From assembly GCA_002633005.1 (NCBI GenBank), contig NMRA01000458.1, positions 1-64,000 of the forward strand: a stretch of 64,000 nt of DNA, written 5' to 3'. The notes beneath the pieces were generated by a model that ran no database searches, was not told the DNA's origin, and saw only the letters and a list, made by a program, of their open reading frames with translations. Source of the stretch: Phoronis australis. Its lineage: Eukaryota; Animalia; Phoronida. Positions 1 to 12,000 of the stretch are shown here, in pieces (the first letter of the stretch is position 1; each line of letters begins with the position of its first letter). The position numbers and the translations under genes were made by a program.

Positions 1-490
1 GGAGGCCAATGTCATTGTTCAATATAAATTATAAATTAATTTCAGCCTGTATTTCTGAACGTGTTAAGTCTGTCTTGAATTGTTTGATCCACGATCTTGT
101 TGGTAGATTAATTGGTGAAAATATTGGATTAATCTATGATCTTATCTGTGCAACTGACCAATAAAATATTCCTGGATTACTGGTTCTGGTGGATTTTGAG
201 AAGGCGTTCGACTCAGTATCTTGGGTATTTCTACAAAAAAACTTGTTTTTTTTAATTAAGGCCCAAACATCAAAACGTGGGTACCGTTGCTTAATGAGAG
301 AGCTATGTCAATCTTGTGTCTTTGCAAGTTCCAGTTACATAAGCAACGTCTTAATGGCGAACCTCCAAATTTAATTATATTGACAAAAGAAGTTGAACTT
401 TATTACTCCTGTGAAAAATACATTTATTAAAAAAATTTAGAAATAGAAAAGTTTACAAACAGATGGTCACAAATGCATAATCTAACAAAA
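1..490 (+). mobile_element. Decayed Tx1/L1-type LINE ORF2 fragment (RT joined to C-terminal tail)
   Basis: RPMSLFNINYKLISACISERVKSVL...GRLIGENIGLIYD...*NIPGLLVLVDFEKAFDSVSW (RT domains 1-3, with a stop), then CKFQLHKQRL..P..EKYIY*...EKFTNRW resembling the ORF2 C-terminus. Confidence 0.8.
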
Positions 491-2759
491 ATGTATGGAT
501 ATTTCATCACTCCAAAATACTCTCTCCCTTTTTCAGAGGCATATACTAGTGCACTGTCTTGTATGTTTTTATATGTATTTCTAAAATCCAGTTCAAGTAT
601 ACTGTTAACTTGGTAAACTTTTCTTTCAATGAATTGTAAACTAAGGCCAGGGAATCCCAGATCCTTTTTCTTGCTTATGTTGAACTGGGAGAATAAAAAA
701 ATAAAAATCCCGAAAGTACAGTCAATTTGACGAAAACGCAATTCTGCCACGGAAAAATAAACAGTTGAGTTAATTCTTGATGAGAACTTCTAGTATACAC
801 TTCGCCTGTAGAATTAGATACAGCTCATTTTGAAGTTGTTCGAATATGATATTTAGATTCACGAAGCTTTTGGGTTATTTTTTGTAAATAGCCATTTTCA
901 TCATTATACGCCAGACTTGTCAACTTCTGTTACCAAACCACAGCTTAGGGATATTGATACGTTTAAAAATAACTGGAAGCTACCATTTTGCAATGAAACT
1001 ACAAAAAAATGCAGCAAAGTTCATCAGAAGGTAGACCTAACTTATGTTTAGATGGTGCAATTACAATCAAATCCATGCATTAATTTGACTTAGACTCAGC
1101 CCGAGACCTACCGGAGCTAACTGCTTGCCTATGATAAGATGAGTGTGTGCCCGGGCTATGAACCTGATTTTTTAATCAAAATATTGCGTTCGAAGATTAG
1201 AAATGCATAAACAGTGCTATCGACTCGACCTACTTTGTTATCGGGGAGTCCTACGAGTTGTTACCTACTTTTCGTTTGGCGGAATGTAGCAGACGACAGA
1301 GTAAAAATATCGGTGAATCTTTGCTGAATTTGTTCCAAAGATAGTGAAATCTGTGGCATCTCACAGATAATCCGACTTTAAAGTACATACCCAGCTGCAC
1401 ATGAGCATATCGCATCAGTGACCTAGTCATTTATCATGTGAAGGTGAACCCCGTGAGGTGAGGAGTTCATCGGGTTTTCGCTGGCTCGGAAATACTTTTC
1501 CTCAAGCATATATTTTTCATAGTCGCCTTTAAAAATTCTGATATCTTGAACACTTTTAAGCGTTCAAGATATCAGAATTTAATTAAAATTCTCGGCTGAA
1601 AAGCATCGCTTGTTTTCTTTGTGGAAGTGTTTTCGGCAAGCGTAAAAACTAATCGATTCCACCAGGAACGTCGTTTAGCGACTGTACTTGCCTCTGACAT
1701 CTTGTTTGTTTGTTTGTCCGGTGTCAGGTGTCTTTTTGCAAGGGGAGGAGCTTGCGATAGGTCAATTAACAATCACCAAAATGACTCGCTGGTTCCCTGC
1801 GTGCCTCTAAGTGGTAGCCAGCTTGCAGGTAGCAGGCAATAGCACGCGCTTTATCATTGGTTGATGTAACGTTGGCAGTCATTGGTTAGCTTTACAACAA
1901 GGTGAGAAAACAGCGGACTATGAACGATTTTTAACCTTGTCATGCCGGCAAGTGGCGTAGCAGCACTAATTATTTCATTTCTGTAATAATGTTTAATAGC
2001 CGCCGGCTTTAAGCACATACATGTACAATAAACACGTACGCCGTCATCTGGCCGATTTAACTAGTGTGTTATTCACACTGCATGAGTACGGACAGCGATG
2101 TGAACAAAAGCCAGCGACAGTAGAAAGATGACTCTGAAAAGGCGCAACCACAATTTTTCGGGATTCACATTTCTTGAACATGAATTTTGAACACCGATTT
2201 GTCTGTACAACAGACCACACTTACACTTCCTCCATAAGTCATGCCAGTTTTTTTGCGTAAAGCGCTGCCTGCTGAGAATTCGACCACCCAATCAAAAACG
2301 CCGGTGTAAAAAATAAGTGATACCTGCAGAGACAGTAGAGAGGGAAACAAACCACCCGGCCAAGTTCATTGGACGTCTAGCGAGCGTGTGTGCAATAAAC
2401 AAATATGGCAAGGTATGACGGCTCCAGTTGGTAAAAAAACAATTGTGCTTTTTGCAATGCCTGCTGCTGCAACAACAGTTAATTGAAAATTCGTGACTTA
2501 TGCTTTTTTACTTCCCCACTGATTGGGATTGATGATGTTCCCGTTTGAAACAAAGAATTTTTTTGCGTGAAACTGTTGTCTGCCAACAAGTGATGGACTG
2601 GGTGATTTGAACTAAATGTCTTTACTGTTCCCTGCACTTGACCGCTTATATAGAAAATTATTGTAAATTGTTTGCATGACTTTGGGAACTACTGATTAGT
2701 TTATGCTATGCCCATTGATTAGTTTCTTTCATTTCTTTTTGCAGTCTTAATACATTGAG

Positions 2760-2930
2760 ATCTAAAAGATAATAATATTTACTATAATTATTATTTATTT
2801 ACTAATTTATTATTGTTATATTATCATATATTTCTTTTTATCTATTATTTATTTATTATTATTTATGTATTTTCATTTATTCATTTGTTTATTGTTTTTA
2901 TTTATTCACTGTTACTTATTTAAATTGTTT
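2760..2930. repeat. AT-rich low-complexity tract (TTAT/TTA-like)
   Basis: Run of degenerate ttattattt units. Confidence 0.7.
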
Positions 2931-3819
2931 CTTGTGATCCCGTACAGTAACATTCTGGCTGTCGTTGGTCAATAATCTATATTATATGATCATGGTATGG
3001 ACTTAAGTGCATAATAAATATTAATTTATAGTGTGGTAATTTTACATAGGGAGTGTCGAAGGAAGTGTTCTTTTTATAGCATATTGAGCCTTACATCGGT
3101 GGGTACTTCGGTAATATGTGTATTACCTTGGAAACCCCCTTACACTCAGTGACGACGTCGTTTGATTAGATTTTTAATTTGACACGGGTTTTAAAACATC
3201 AAGTCAGGAAATAAGACGTTCTTGTGTTATTTACTTTGAAGTTGGCCGTACTTATCTGCCGACGTAGGCTGAATATGCCTTTAACTGACTGGTGATAGTT
3301 GATTTTAAAAAATGTGAATGGTTTTCGAGAACATCGTAAAAACTACCCTAAATGGACTGTGTATTCAATAGGCATCTTGGCTGTTTTATGTGGACATACA
3401 AGGCAGGTTTATTGAACTGCAGACAGGAATTCCATCTCTTGCTGGTTTTCAACCCCCTACCCCTCTTGAATCCAGTTTCATTCACCACAACCCACCCCAA
3501 TTCGCTACCCATTTTAGATATCATCATTCACGGATGCTGGGTGTCCAGTGAATCAGTCCCAAGTAGCGACTTCACTCTGTTCCCTAAAACTGTTGTGTAT
3601 ATGTGAGCTTTCTATGTTGAATTGTCAGTATTATTAAAAATAAATAGGGATCTTTTCATGCAACGGCCCTAACTTAAGGACCCAGGTTTTAGTTACATTA
3701 TTAGAAAACGTCATCAGTCAAAAGAGGGGTTCTTGATAAAGATAAAATGATAGAAAAATACAAAAACTGTGAGTAAAGAACGGAAAAAATGCGCAAAAGA
3801 TTTAGGCAACACCGTTGAG

Positions 3820-3978
3820 CACTGGCGGATCCTTTGTCAAAGGGGTTAAGACCTCCCATTTTCTCTCGATTTTAGTCATGTCAAAGCTAGAATTTTCAAA
3901 TTGTTGACTTGGGCCACCCTTCTTTAAAAATCTTTGATCCGACACCCCCCCTTTTAAAAAACCCTAGATCTGCCCCTG
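3820..3978. mobile_element. MITE with CA(C/G)xGGCGGAT termini and 5-bp TSD
   Basis: CACTGGCGGATC...GATCTGCCCCTG flanked by TTGAG on both sides. Confidence 0.75.
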
Positions 3979-5044
3979 TTGAGTCGATATTTGGAACTGT
4001 TTCATGTAACTGGGCACAGGCACCCCTGCTTGAATGTAGAACGTCGTAAGGTGTGTATTTTCGAAATAAAGATCTGGACCAGTGTTTGGATGGGGTAAGA
4101 ACGCCGTTTTTGGACATTGGCGTAGGATACATTTGATGGTTGGGCGATGAGATTCTGTTAATTTTTCAATTAAATTTTAGAACAAAGTTTTCGCGGTGAA
4201 AGTTTTAATAATTAATTGTTCATTAATTGATATGAACACCTAGAATATTGGGAAAGAAAGCTATCTCCGTCCCCAACCTTTTGGTTGAGGGGCGCCCCCT
4301 GTTTTTGCTCCTACCTCTCCTTCAGCAGATCTATCTTACGTTTATTACTAAGCTGACCCCCCTGGACAAAATCCTATGGGTTTTGTACCTGCTCACCTTG
4401 CAATCGCCAATATTTTCACTTGGTTTCCTCTGATTACTGAGTCACGCTCTTGCTTATGATGTATTTCTTGTAATTTTTATTACTTTTACAGCCCAAATTT
4501 TTTCTTGTTATAATCTATATTTTGCCTATGTGTATTTTCCATTGCACTGCTCATGTTTTTTGTTTTCCATATTTTAAACAAAGACACTTCACAATTTTGA
4601 AATTGACAAACTAAAATCGGCCGTAGCTTCCTGCCTCGCGCACTTCGTCGGCGCACACAACCCCGCTAAGTGTAGCCACGGTCCGTGACACAATAATGGC
4701 GGCGACCATAATGAATAATCTTGTTAACGTCTTTGATACTTGCGTGCTGGCTTCCACCTAGCGGCACGCAGGGAACCAGGGATCCAGAATGACAGCCTCT
4801 GGACAGATAAAGACGCAGATATCAACGCACGTAGAATAGTTTTTGCGATACATTGTCAACCAGAGCAGCAGAGATAATCAGGACATCATTGCAAGGTACC
4901 TCGAACTTTGATCGGAAATTGGGAGGCGAATTTTTTTTTAGTCCGGCGATTGCCAATCATCACCATTTGGAAAATTTCAGGTAAGTCTTGTTACACTGTC
5001 TACGTAGTCCGGGAAAAACTATTAGTATCGTGGGCCGTTGAGAG

Positions 5045-5215
5045 GAAAGTGTCGCCGTAAATTACACTTGTACTTAATTACGAGCGTAAATTAGATTGCA
5101 GGATTGTCGCCGTACAATTACGCTCGTAAATTGAATGGGGAAAAGTTTCGCCGTAAAATTAAGCTCGTAAATTAAATGGGGGAAATGTCGCCGTAAATTA
5201 TGCTCGTAAATTACC
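5045..5215. repeat. Minisatellite, about 4 units of 38-55 bp (core TGTCGCCGTAAATTACGCTCGTAAATT)
   Basis: Four diverged tandem copies are visible. Confidence 0.75.
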
Positions 5216-6684
5216 TTAAGAACGTTCCAAATTTAAACCAACCAATGTTAACCTAACGTACACGGAATTTGAGTTATTTTTGTAAATAGCCATTTTGCCA
5301 CTACATCAGACCATTACCAGCAATACGTAAACTAGGTCATCCGCCAGGTTCTCTGAATAAACTAGGTCAGCGCTACACACACTCCGCGTGTCTCAAGCTC
5401 AAGGAAGATTTTAGTAGCCCAAAATTACCACAAGTTCAAAGATATTCAATTAAAAAGGAAAGACGAAACAAATCTCTGAACATATCTGGCCAATATGAAG
5501 GGTCACCGCTCGTAAGCAAGTCAAAGCGATCCTTATTACCCGTTGCCTTATCTAGCACTACCAGTCGAGTCGACTAGTTTTTCGCAACAGAAAATTCTCA
5601 TACACTTAACTTGTGATGACTCCTTTCAATTCGAAACCACCCACAAAACCTTTTTTATACTCCGAAATGTTTCGTAAAAATAATTCAAGTGTTTGATTAC
5701 TCCTGAACTTGATTATTCCGTAAATAGTTGCATTGGTTTCCTTACTTTTAAAGTGTATGTCTTCGAATCCCATAGGCTTAAGCGTTAATTTACAGCTGAA
5801 CGCCCTACGCCGTGTATAATTATCAAAATGGTACATATAAGATAAACAGTTATAAGTATACTGGTGTGAAAATTATCAGTGATTTAACCAAAAACTTTGA
5901 ATTCGCTCGACCCACTGATGATAGTATGTGGAATTCAAACACACACTCAATTGAATATTAGTAATTTTTCAACCCTTCTTGGTCAACACTTTTTCTCTAT
6001 GGATTTCAAAAAAATATGTGCTTATAATGTTGATTATACTGCCAGCTATAGGCGCTATCGGTAACTGAAATCCCTTCAACCTCTTCGAAGCATTGGCCGT
6101 TCAAAGTACGGCACTTCCCTGGCCTCAGTGGGCTTTGAATGGGTAATTTGCGTGTAAAAGCGATTGAGCTTTGACCACCACATGGACAACATAAAATTCC
6201 GCTCAATTTTCATAAAATTTTGATATGAATTTGGGAATGACATCTGCTATCGGCAAATGACGTCTGGTCAACAAGCAACACGCATAAGGTCATTTTCTGT
6301 GAATTTGCTGTATATTAGCCGGGCTGCGTGGGAGGAATTTTCACGCATGCGCAAATACCTTGTTTATAGATTTCTGGCAATGCTTGTCATTTTTTGTAAC
6401 CATACCACAGTTTAAATGGTAATTTGCAAGGTCCAAGAATGTTAAATTGCAATAATATTTTCAAGGTCTTGCTATTTGGATGTATTTTATTCAAATTATG
6501 GTATAGTTGTATCTTTAGTTACTTTAAAGTGAAAATAGAAAAATCCGCGAAAATTTGACCTTTGACACGGTGACATGTTGTTGGGGATCACAAACCGGAT
6601 CAAGTCCCACAATGCAGTGCACCGCCATTATATCACAGTACAAAATGAACAAAGACTGTTCACTCTTGGCGTGTTTTAGCAAAG

Positions 6685-8230
6685 GTGCATTGGTGTGTGT
6701 GCGCTTACTGTTCTAACACTACCCAGGTGGAAAACGTGAGCCCATTTAAATTCTAAAAAGATAAGCATCTGGTCGCGTAACGGCATGTTTTCGTGCGCAC
6801 TGCTCGTCTTTGGAAAATGACTGTCAAGTCAGCCATCTGTCGGAGCCGAAATATGCTACGACCATTTTGAGGACGGCTGCTTCGACGCCGAACACATCAT
6901 GAAGGTTGAAGCTGGTCTCGTAAAAAGATAAGTTACCTTGATAATTTTAATGTCTAAGAATTCATGACGCTTTCGCAGTGCCTGAACAATAACGATCTTT
7001 TTTCACAGTCACCATAGTTCTCAAGTGTTTAAATATCTATTGTTTTTCCGTGAAAGATTTAGTAATTAACGGATCAGTAAAACTAAAAGCCACAGCAAAG
7101 AAAGCTGATCTCAAAAGATGAATGTATTTTGAAAAGAATGCAGACTGTGAATAAAGTAAAACACGATGGTTACTCAATTCCAAGGTTTTGATTATTAAAG
7201 TAATCTGCTTCAAAAAACAGGATTAAAATCTTGTTTTGGCATTTGCTTGAAGGTTATAAAAGTAGGCGAAAACTTGCAGTTATATATCGTCATCTTTTGA
7301 TTTAATCATGGACTACTCTGGAATCAAAATGTTGTATTTTTACTTTTGAAATGCTGCTGTTGTGCTTTTCAGAGTATGTACATGAAGTATGGGAGAACAC
7401 CTTGCACTTAGTGCGGAACAGAGAAGATGGTGATCTTGAAATTCACTTACAAATTGATGCCCCTCCAATGCCGACTGTTGGTGCTCCAGATGTGTTCAAG
7501 AATGCCGTGGCACAGATGATGAAGCGTTATCTAGATAAATTCAGACTGGCTGCTTTGTCAATGGACAGCACTGGAATTTCTTTCCGTCACATATTTGACA
7601 GTCACTACCAATGTTTTAGATTAAATTTTTGAGGGTGGTACAGATGGCAATGCCAGAGGGTTTACAGTACCAGTACTGGAAATTGTGAAAAGCTTTTGTG
7701 TGTGGCATTTGACTGTCCCGTGTGTATAGATAAATCCGGTGATATACTACATGCATGTTCTTATATTGAAACCAGTGGCGGATTTAGAGGGGGGCCACGG
7801 CCCCCTAAAATTCTCCATTTGACAGTTCGGGGGTGCGAATGTCTGATGGGCAAAATCCTGGCTAATACTGTGCCCTGGCCCTCCTAACTCAAAATCCTGG
7901 ATCTGCCCCTGGAAATATTCCAATGTTTCTTCAATACAATGACTATAAATATTGTGACATAGCTTTTTAGGTATATTTGATCTGCATTAAACTGTTGCTG
8001 TCCTATGCAGTGGATCGGTATAGGAAGACTTTCTAAAGTGTGGGTGAAAAGGTACCTGCTTGGGTCGTCAGTCTTTTTGTGCGACATTTTCATCCAAATT
8101 GTACGACAAAATAATCACTTGCACAGATTTCAAACATTTTCTTAAGAACTTTTAAGTGAGTGGTACAAGCAGTCCCTCCAGATTTCCCACTTCCTACACA
8201 TGTGCATACTTGTTGTGTTTTCATACCATG
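6685..8230 (+). mobile_element. Decayed THAP-encoding (Kolobok-like) transposon remnant
   Basis: From 6691: WCVCAYCSNTTQVENVSPFKF*KDKHLVA*RHVFVRTARLWKMTVKSAIC / ICYDHFEDGCFD, a THAP C2CH pattern with stops and a frameshift. 7372-7540 EYVHEVW...PPMP..P....A.AQ...RY resembles a transposase C-terminus. Termini not found. Confidence 0.6.
7773..7911. mobile_element. MITE (CAGTGGCGGAT...ATCTGCCCCTG), same family as 29564-30048 in opposite orientation
   Basis: TIRs present; flanks GAAAC/GAAAT; internal similarity to the reverse complement of 29564-30048. Confidence 0.75.
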
Positions 8231-8320
8231 TCATAGACATCTAAAGCTATTGCATACTGGGGCTTTGGGGTTGAGATTCAGTGGTTGTTGTGTCGTGTTA
8301 GTTGATATGTCATTGAATTA

Positions 8321-8460
8321 CAGTAGAACTCGCTAAGTTGGATCCAGTGAGACTGAGATATTTCATCAAAGTCAGAGTTATTTGGAGGCGTTACTGCGGA
8401 ATTAATGCTAACCTTTCTAAAGTTCCCTCTGAAGCACTACCAATTTGGAGAGTTCTACTG
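8321..8460. mobile_element. Tc1/mariner (pogo/Tigger-like) MITE
   Basis: TA|CAGTAGAACTC...GAGTTCTACTG|TA: 11-bp TIR and TA target duplication. Confidence 0.8.
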
Positions 8461-8839
8461 TATAAGAAGAGGAGATTCAGTCTGGACCTCAGACAATGGC
8501 CCAGATTCAAAACTTAATTTTTTATGTAACAGTCATACTATTCAATATGTTCGCTTCAAGCTGATGTTACGTGTATAGGTTATTCCCTGTTGATGCCGGT
8601 CTTCATATGCAGGGATATTTCAAAGACGCACACTAAGTTCAAGTCCTGTGGGTCAGGTGGGTGGTTTTCTTACTCAAATTCGATCCCGGAAGAGTTTTAA
8701 AGATACACAGATTTGTTTTTAAGGGCGAAGAGAGTCTATCACACAGCGATTTTCCCCGTCCATGTGGCTTTTTTCTCTTGAACAATCACTTGATAGTGTG
8801 CTCACTGGTGTCGCTGTTACAGTGTACTATACATGACAG

Positions 8840-9059
8840 ATGTTGAGCCAGGCTATCAGAAGTGGGGTAAAGTGTGCTGCCAGGAAGGAGATACTAGATG
8901 TACACGTGTGGTCACGTGCATCGCAAAGCTTCGCTGGGGGACCATGTCCTTTGCGTGGTGGACGACCTGAAGACCTCATGAGTGCAAAACCGTTCGATGA
9001 AATCCCAGGACCCAAACCATATCCTCTAATAGGAACGGCTTATATTTACAAGCCAATAG
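8840..9059 (+). CDS. P450-A exon 1 (targeting peptide and KPFDEIPGP)
   Basis: MLSQAIRSGVKCAARK...SAKPFDEIPGPKPYPLIGTAYIYKPIG; phase-1 donor G|GTAAC at 9060. Confidence 0.85.
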
Positions 9060-12000
9060 GTAACTATTTTGTTGTTGTTTCTGCTTTTGTTGTTGTTGTG
9101 GCCAGTTATATTTTTCTAAGATTTAGGCCAACTGTACCTTATTATATTGTGTTATCTTGTATACTGCATATTTTGCCTATCCAATATCAGGGCCGTAGGC
9201 GTCAGGGTTAAACCGTGGCAACTGACATGTACGCGTGGGGCGGCGACAGTCTAGAAAAGAAAGACTGCTACATGCAGATAGGGGAGAAAATTCAAGAGAA
9301 CATTTTAAATGTTCTCTTGTTAAAACAACTCTGTATCAGTGCATGGTTCACCTTTTTGAGGACTCTGGCCAGCACATTGTTATTGCGGTCTCCGGTCTCG
9401 CAGCACAGAGTGTCTAAACGCACTTGAAAACGTGCACGTAAATGATTCATGCATATATTTCGAAAAATTGTAAAACGAAGCTTTTGCGGAGCGTATTAAT
9501 TCACTGGATTTTTAAATTCAATTTTACGACTGCAAAACCACATTTTTCCAGACGCCCCTCTCTAGCAAGGGATAACGGAGACATCTGTCGCTTTTTTTCT
9601 CGAATGGGACTATTCGACGCGGTGTCGCTGCTGTACTAGTGGGGATTGAATTGCGCATGCGTCGCTGTTTGCATGTAAACAGCTGGTAAAAAGACGAATT
9701 GTTATCAAAATACGTCGTCGCGCTAAGCCTTATTATTGCTATCTTCCCTGGTGCAAGTCTTCGACAGGTGGTCACAAATTCCCAAAAGACCCAAGGTTAC
9801 TACAGGCGTGGAGAATTGTGGTCAAAAGGGTCCACCAAGTGTTAAAAAGTGTGTGGATGCCGAAGCCTCACGCCCAGTGTGTGTGCTCTATGCATTTCCA
9901 TTGAGAGACTACATGATCACGTTACTTGGTAAGTTTTTAGCAATTAAGTTTCTATCGACATCGCTCAGTAATGTTATGTCCACCTCTTACTCCACTGAAT
10001 AACGGGTTTATTCAGTGGAACTAAGTGTTTCTCTTCAGATACTCACCCGGGACCCGGATGGTAGCCTGGGTAGGAGTGGTCCCAATATAAGAGGTGCATG
10101 GGACGTGCCGCTCAGAAGTCAGCAGTTACTTTGCAAAACTATGTTATGTCCAATAAAATTCTTTAGATGAGTAAGTTTCCTTATTTTATAGCGAACCCCA
10201 CCCCCAGAACTACCAGATTAGTTACCAAATTAACATGAATGAGCTATTCAATAAATTCTTAACATTGCATCCTAGAATGAATTTTATTTGTTGAGATCAT
10301 AAACACATTTTAGGTGTCATGAAAAATACAAATTCTTAAATTACTTTTAGCCTGTTTCACATATTTTAATTCAGATCTTAAATAAGGCTTAGGTTTATAC
10401 ATATAAACATGAAGATGGAATGTCAAGTATGTTCTGCCTTACAAAAGTAGTTTTGTATTGTTTTCTTTTATAATTTGCTGGTATTTCTCTGTTACAGGTG
10501 AGAGAAAACGACTGAAACCAGCCGCTTTACCATCTATTTTAACTTTCGACAAAGTGAAAAGCAGTACTTCAGCAATAACCTGAGGGAATTGAACCTCTCA
10601 GTTCAGAAAGTCAGCCCTCGATATCACTGATTATGGACTCTTTTACATTGGGAAAATTACTATTGTTTTTAACAAATAATGTTGTTCGGTTGTATATATG
10701 TGGTTATTCCGTTTACCATTTTGTTTTTAAATACACTGATTATTGTTTATTCTCGAATCTTGTGCATAGCAGATTCTTATCTAGTTAGCTACGATTGAAA
10801 AAATACTTCGCTTGTATGTGAAACTTTTGTTAACACAAAACTTAAAACGAACCAAAGGCCTTCTTAAGAAAGCTCTAAAATAGTTTCACACATATACAAA
10901 TCAAATGCAATCAAAGGGAATACTTTGTTTTGATCGCCGGACATTTCTATAGGTCAACAGGAAAATGACAATTCGCAAGCGTAATCGGTAATCACTTCAG
11001 CTTTATAGAGAGGCGGCACAACTGCACTGTATGGGGCTTTAAAATTGAAGAAATGTTGTGGTTTGAATAATTAGTGACAAACTTGCCTGTTGATGAAAAA
11101 ATTATTCGATCATCAAAGTGTAACAGTAACGGGCTTTTTACTGACAATAAGACAATCGATGCAGTCCCTGAATGTCATTTCCCCATAATGTGTACCAAAT
11201 TGAAAAGTTTTACCATTAGTATAAAGTCTTTCTTCTGAAAGGAAAAGTTAACGTCACTCGGTGAGAAAGGACAGGTATTTATACCAGATGCTTTTGGTTT
11301 TCATTTCACTGGGATTGAGTTTTTATGGCCGATAGAAGCACCTGTAAAAAGTCCAGTTTTGGCACGTGGCTTTCATTCATGTAACCATAGATTATATACA
11401 ACAGATTCGCAACTCCGACATTTTCTTCAGTGCTATCCAAGAGGAGGCGCCACTCTCCTAAACTATGTGGTGCAGTTTCCAGTTAGTGTATTTTGACGGG
11501 AGAGTCTCGCATCTACTTTACTGTCCAGTATAACGAAAAAAATAAATTCGGCATTGAAACGCTGTTCAAAGTCTTCCAATAGTAGAACTGTTGGTATCGT
11601 GAATACTTTTGGCAATGCTTCTGGTAATTAATTACAAAATTTAAACTTCGGTGATTATGTCGTCTGCTTGTACAATAGCTGCAGAGTTATCGGATAATTT
11701 GTGATTTATGGTTCACATAGGCCTACACTTTTTATCTTATTCTTTCTTATTTGGCCAGTTTGTTGATACAGAAAATTTCCTTATTTATGCCCATCCTGAT
11801 TTGACCGCACCTTGAGCTTGTTGGGTTTTACCATATTGGGGTTGGTATAGGGACCCACATGGTGCTTCCTCGAATGGGCTTCATTTTACCGGCTATTTCA
11901 AATTGTGTAGGTGAAGTAAATAAACAAAGTGGATGATTATCATCACCGGAATTTCATCATTAGTATCTTTTGCCAGGTTCTCAAATTGTCTGAGACTAGG

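Noticed and set aside
2415-2530. Cys-rich start (NCAFCNACCCNN) suggesting another THAP relic
   Set aside because: No downstream W or CxxHF motif could be traced; too weak to call.
5045-5215. Regularly spaced repeats that could suggest a CRISPR array
   Set aside because: Units are degenerate, spacers are short and resemble each other, there are no cas genes, and the context is eukaryotic; treated as a minisatellite.
8636-8655. Nuclear-receptor half-sites (AGTTCA...GGGTCA) upstream of P450-A, and similar hexamers near 50369-50394
   Set aside because: Hexamers occur often by chance and the spacing is not diagnostic.
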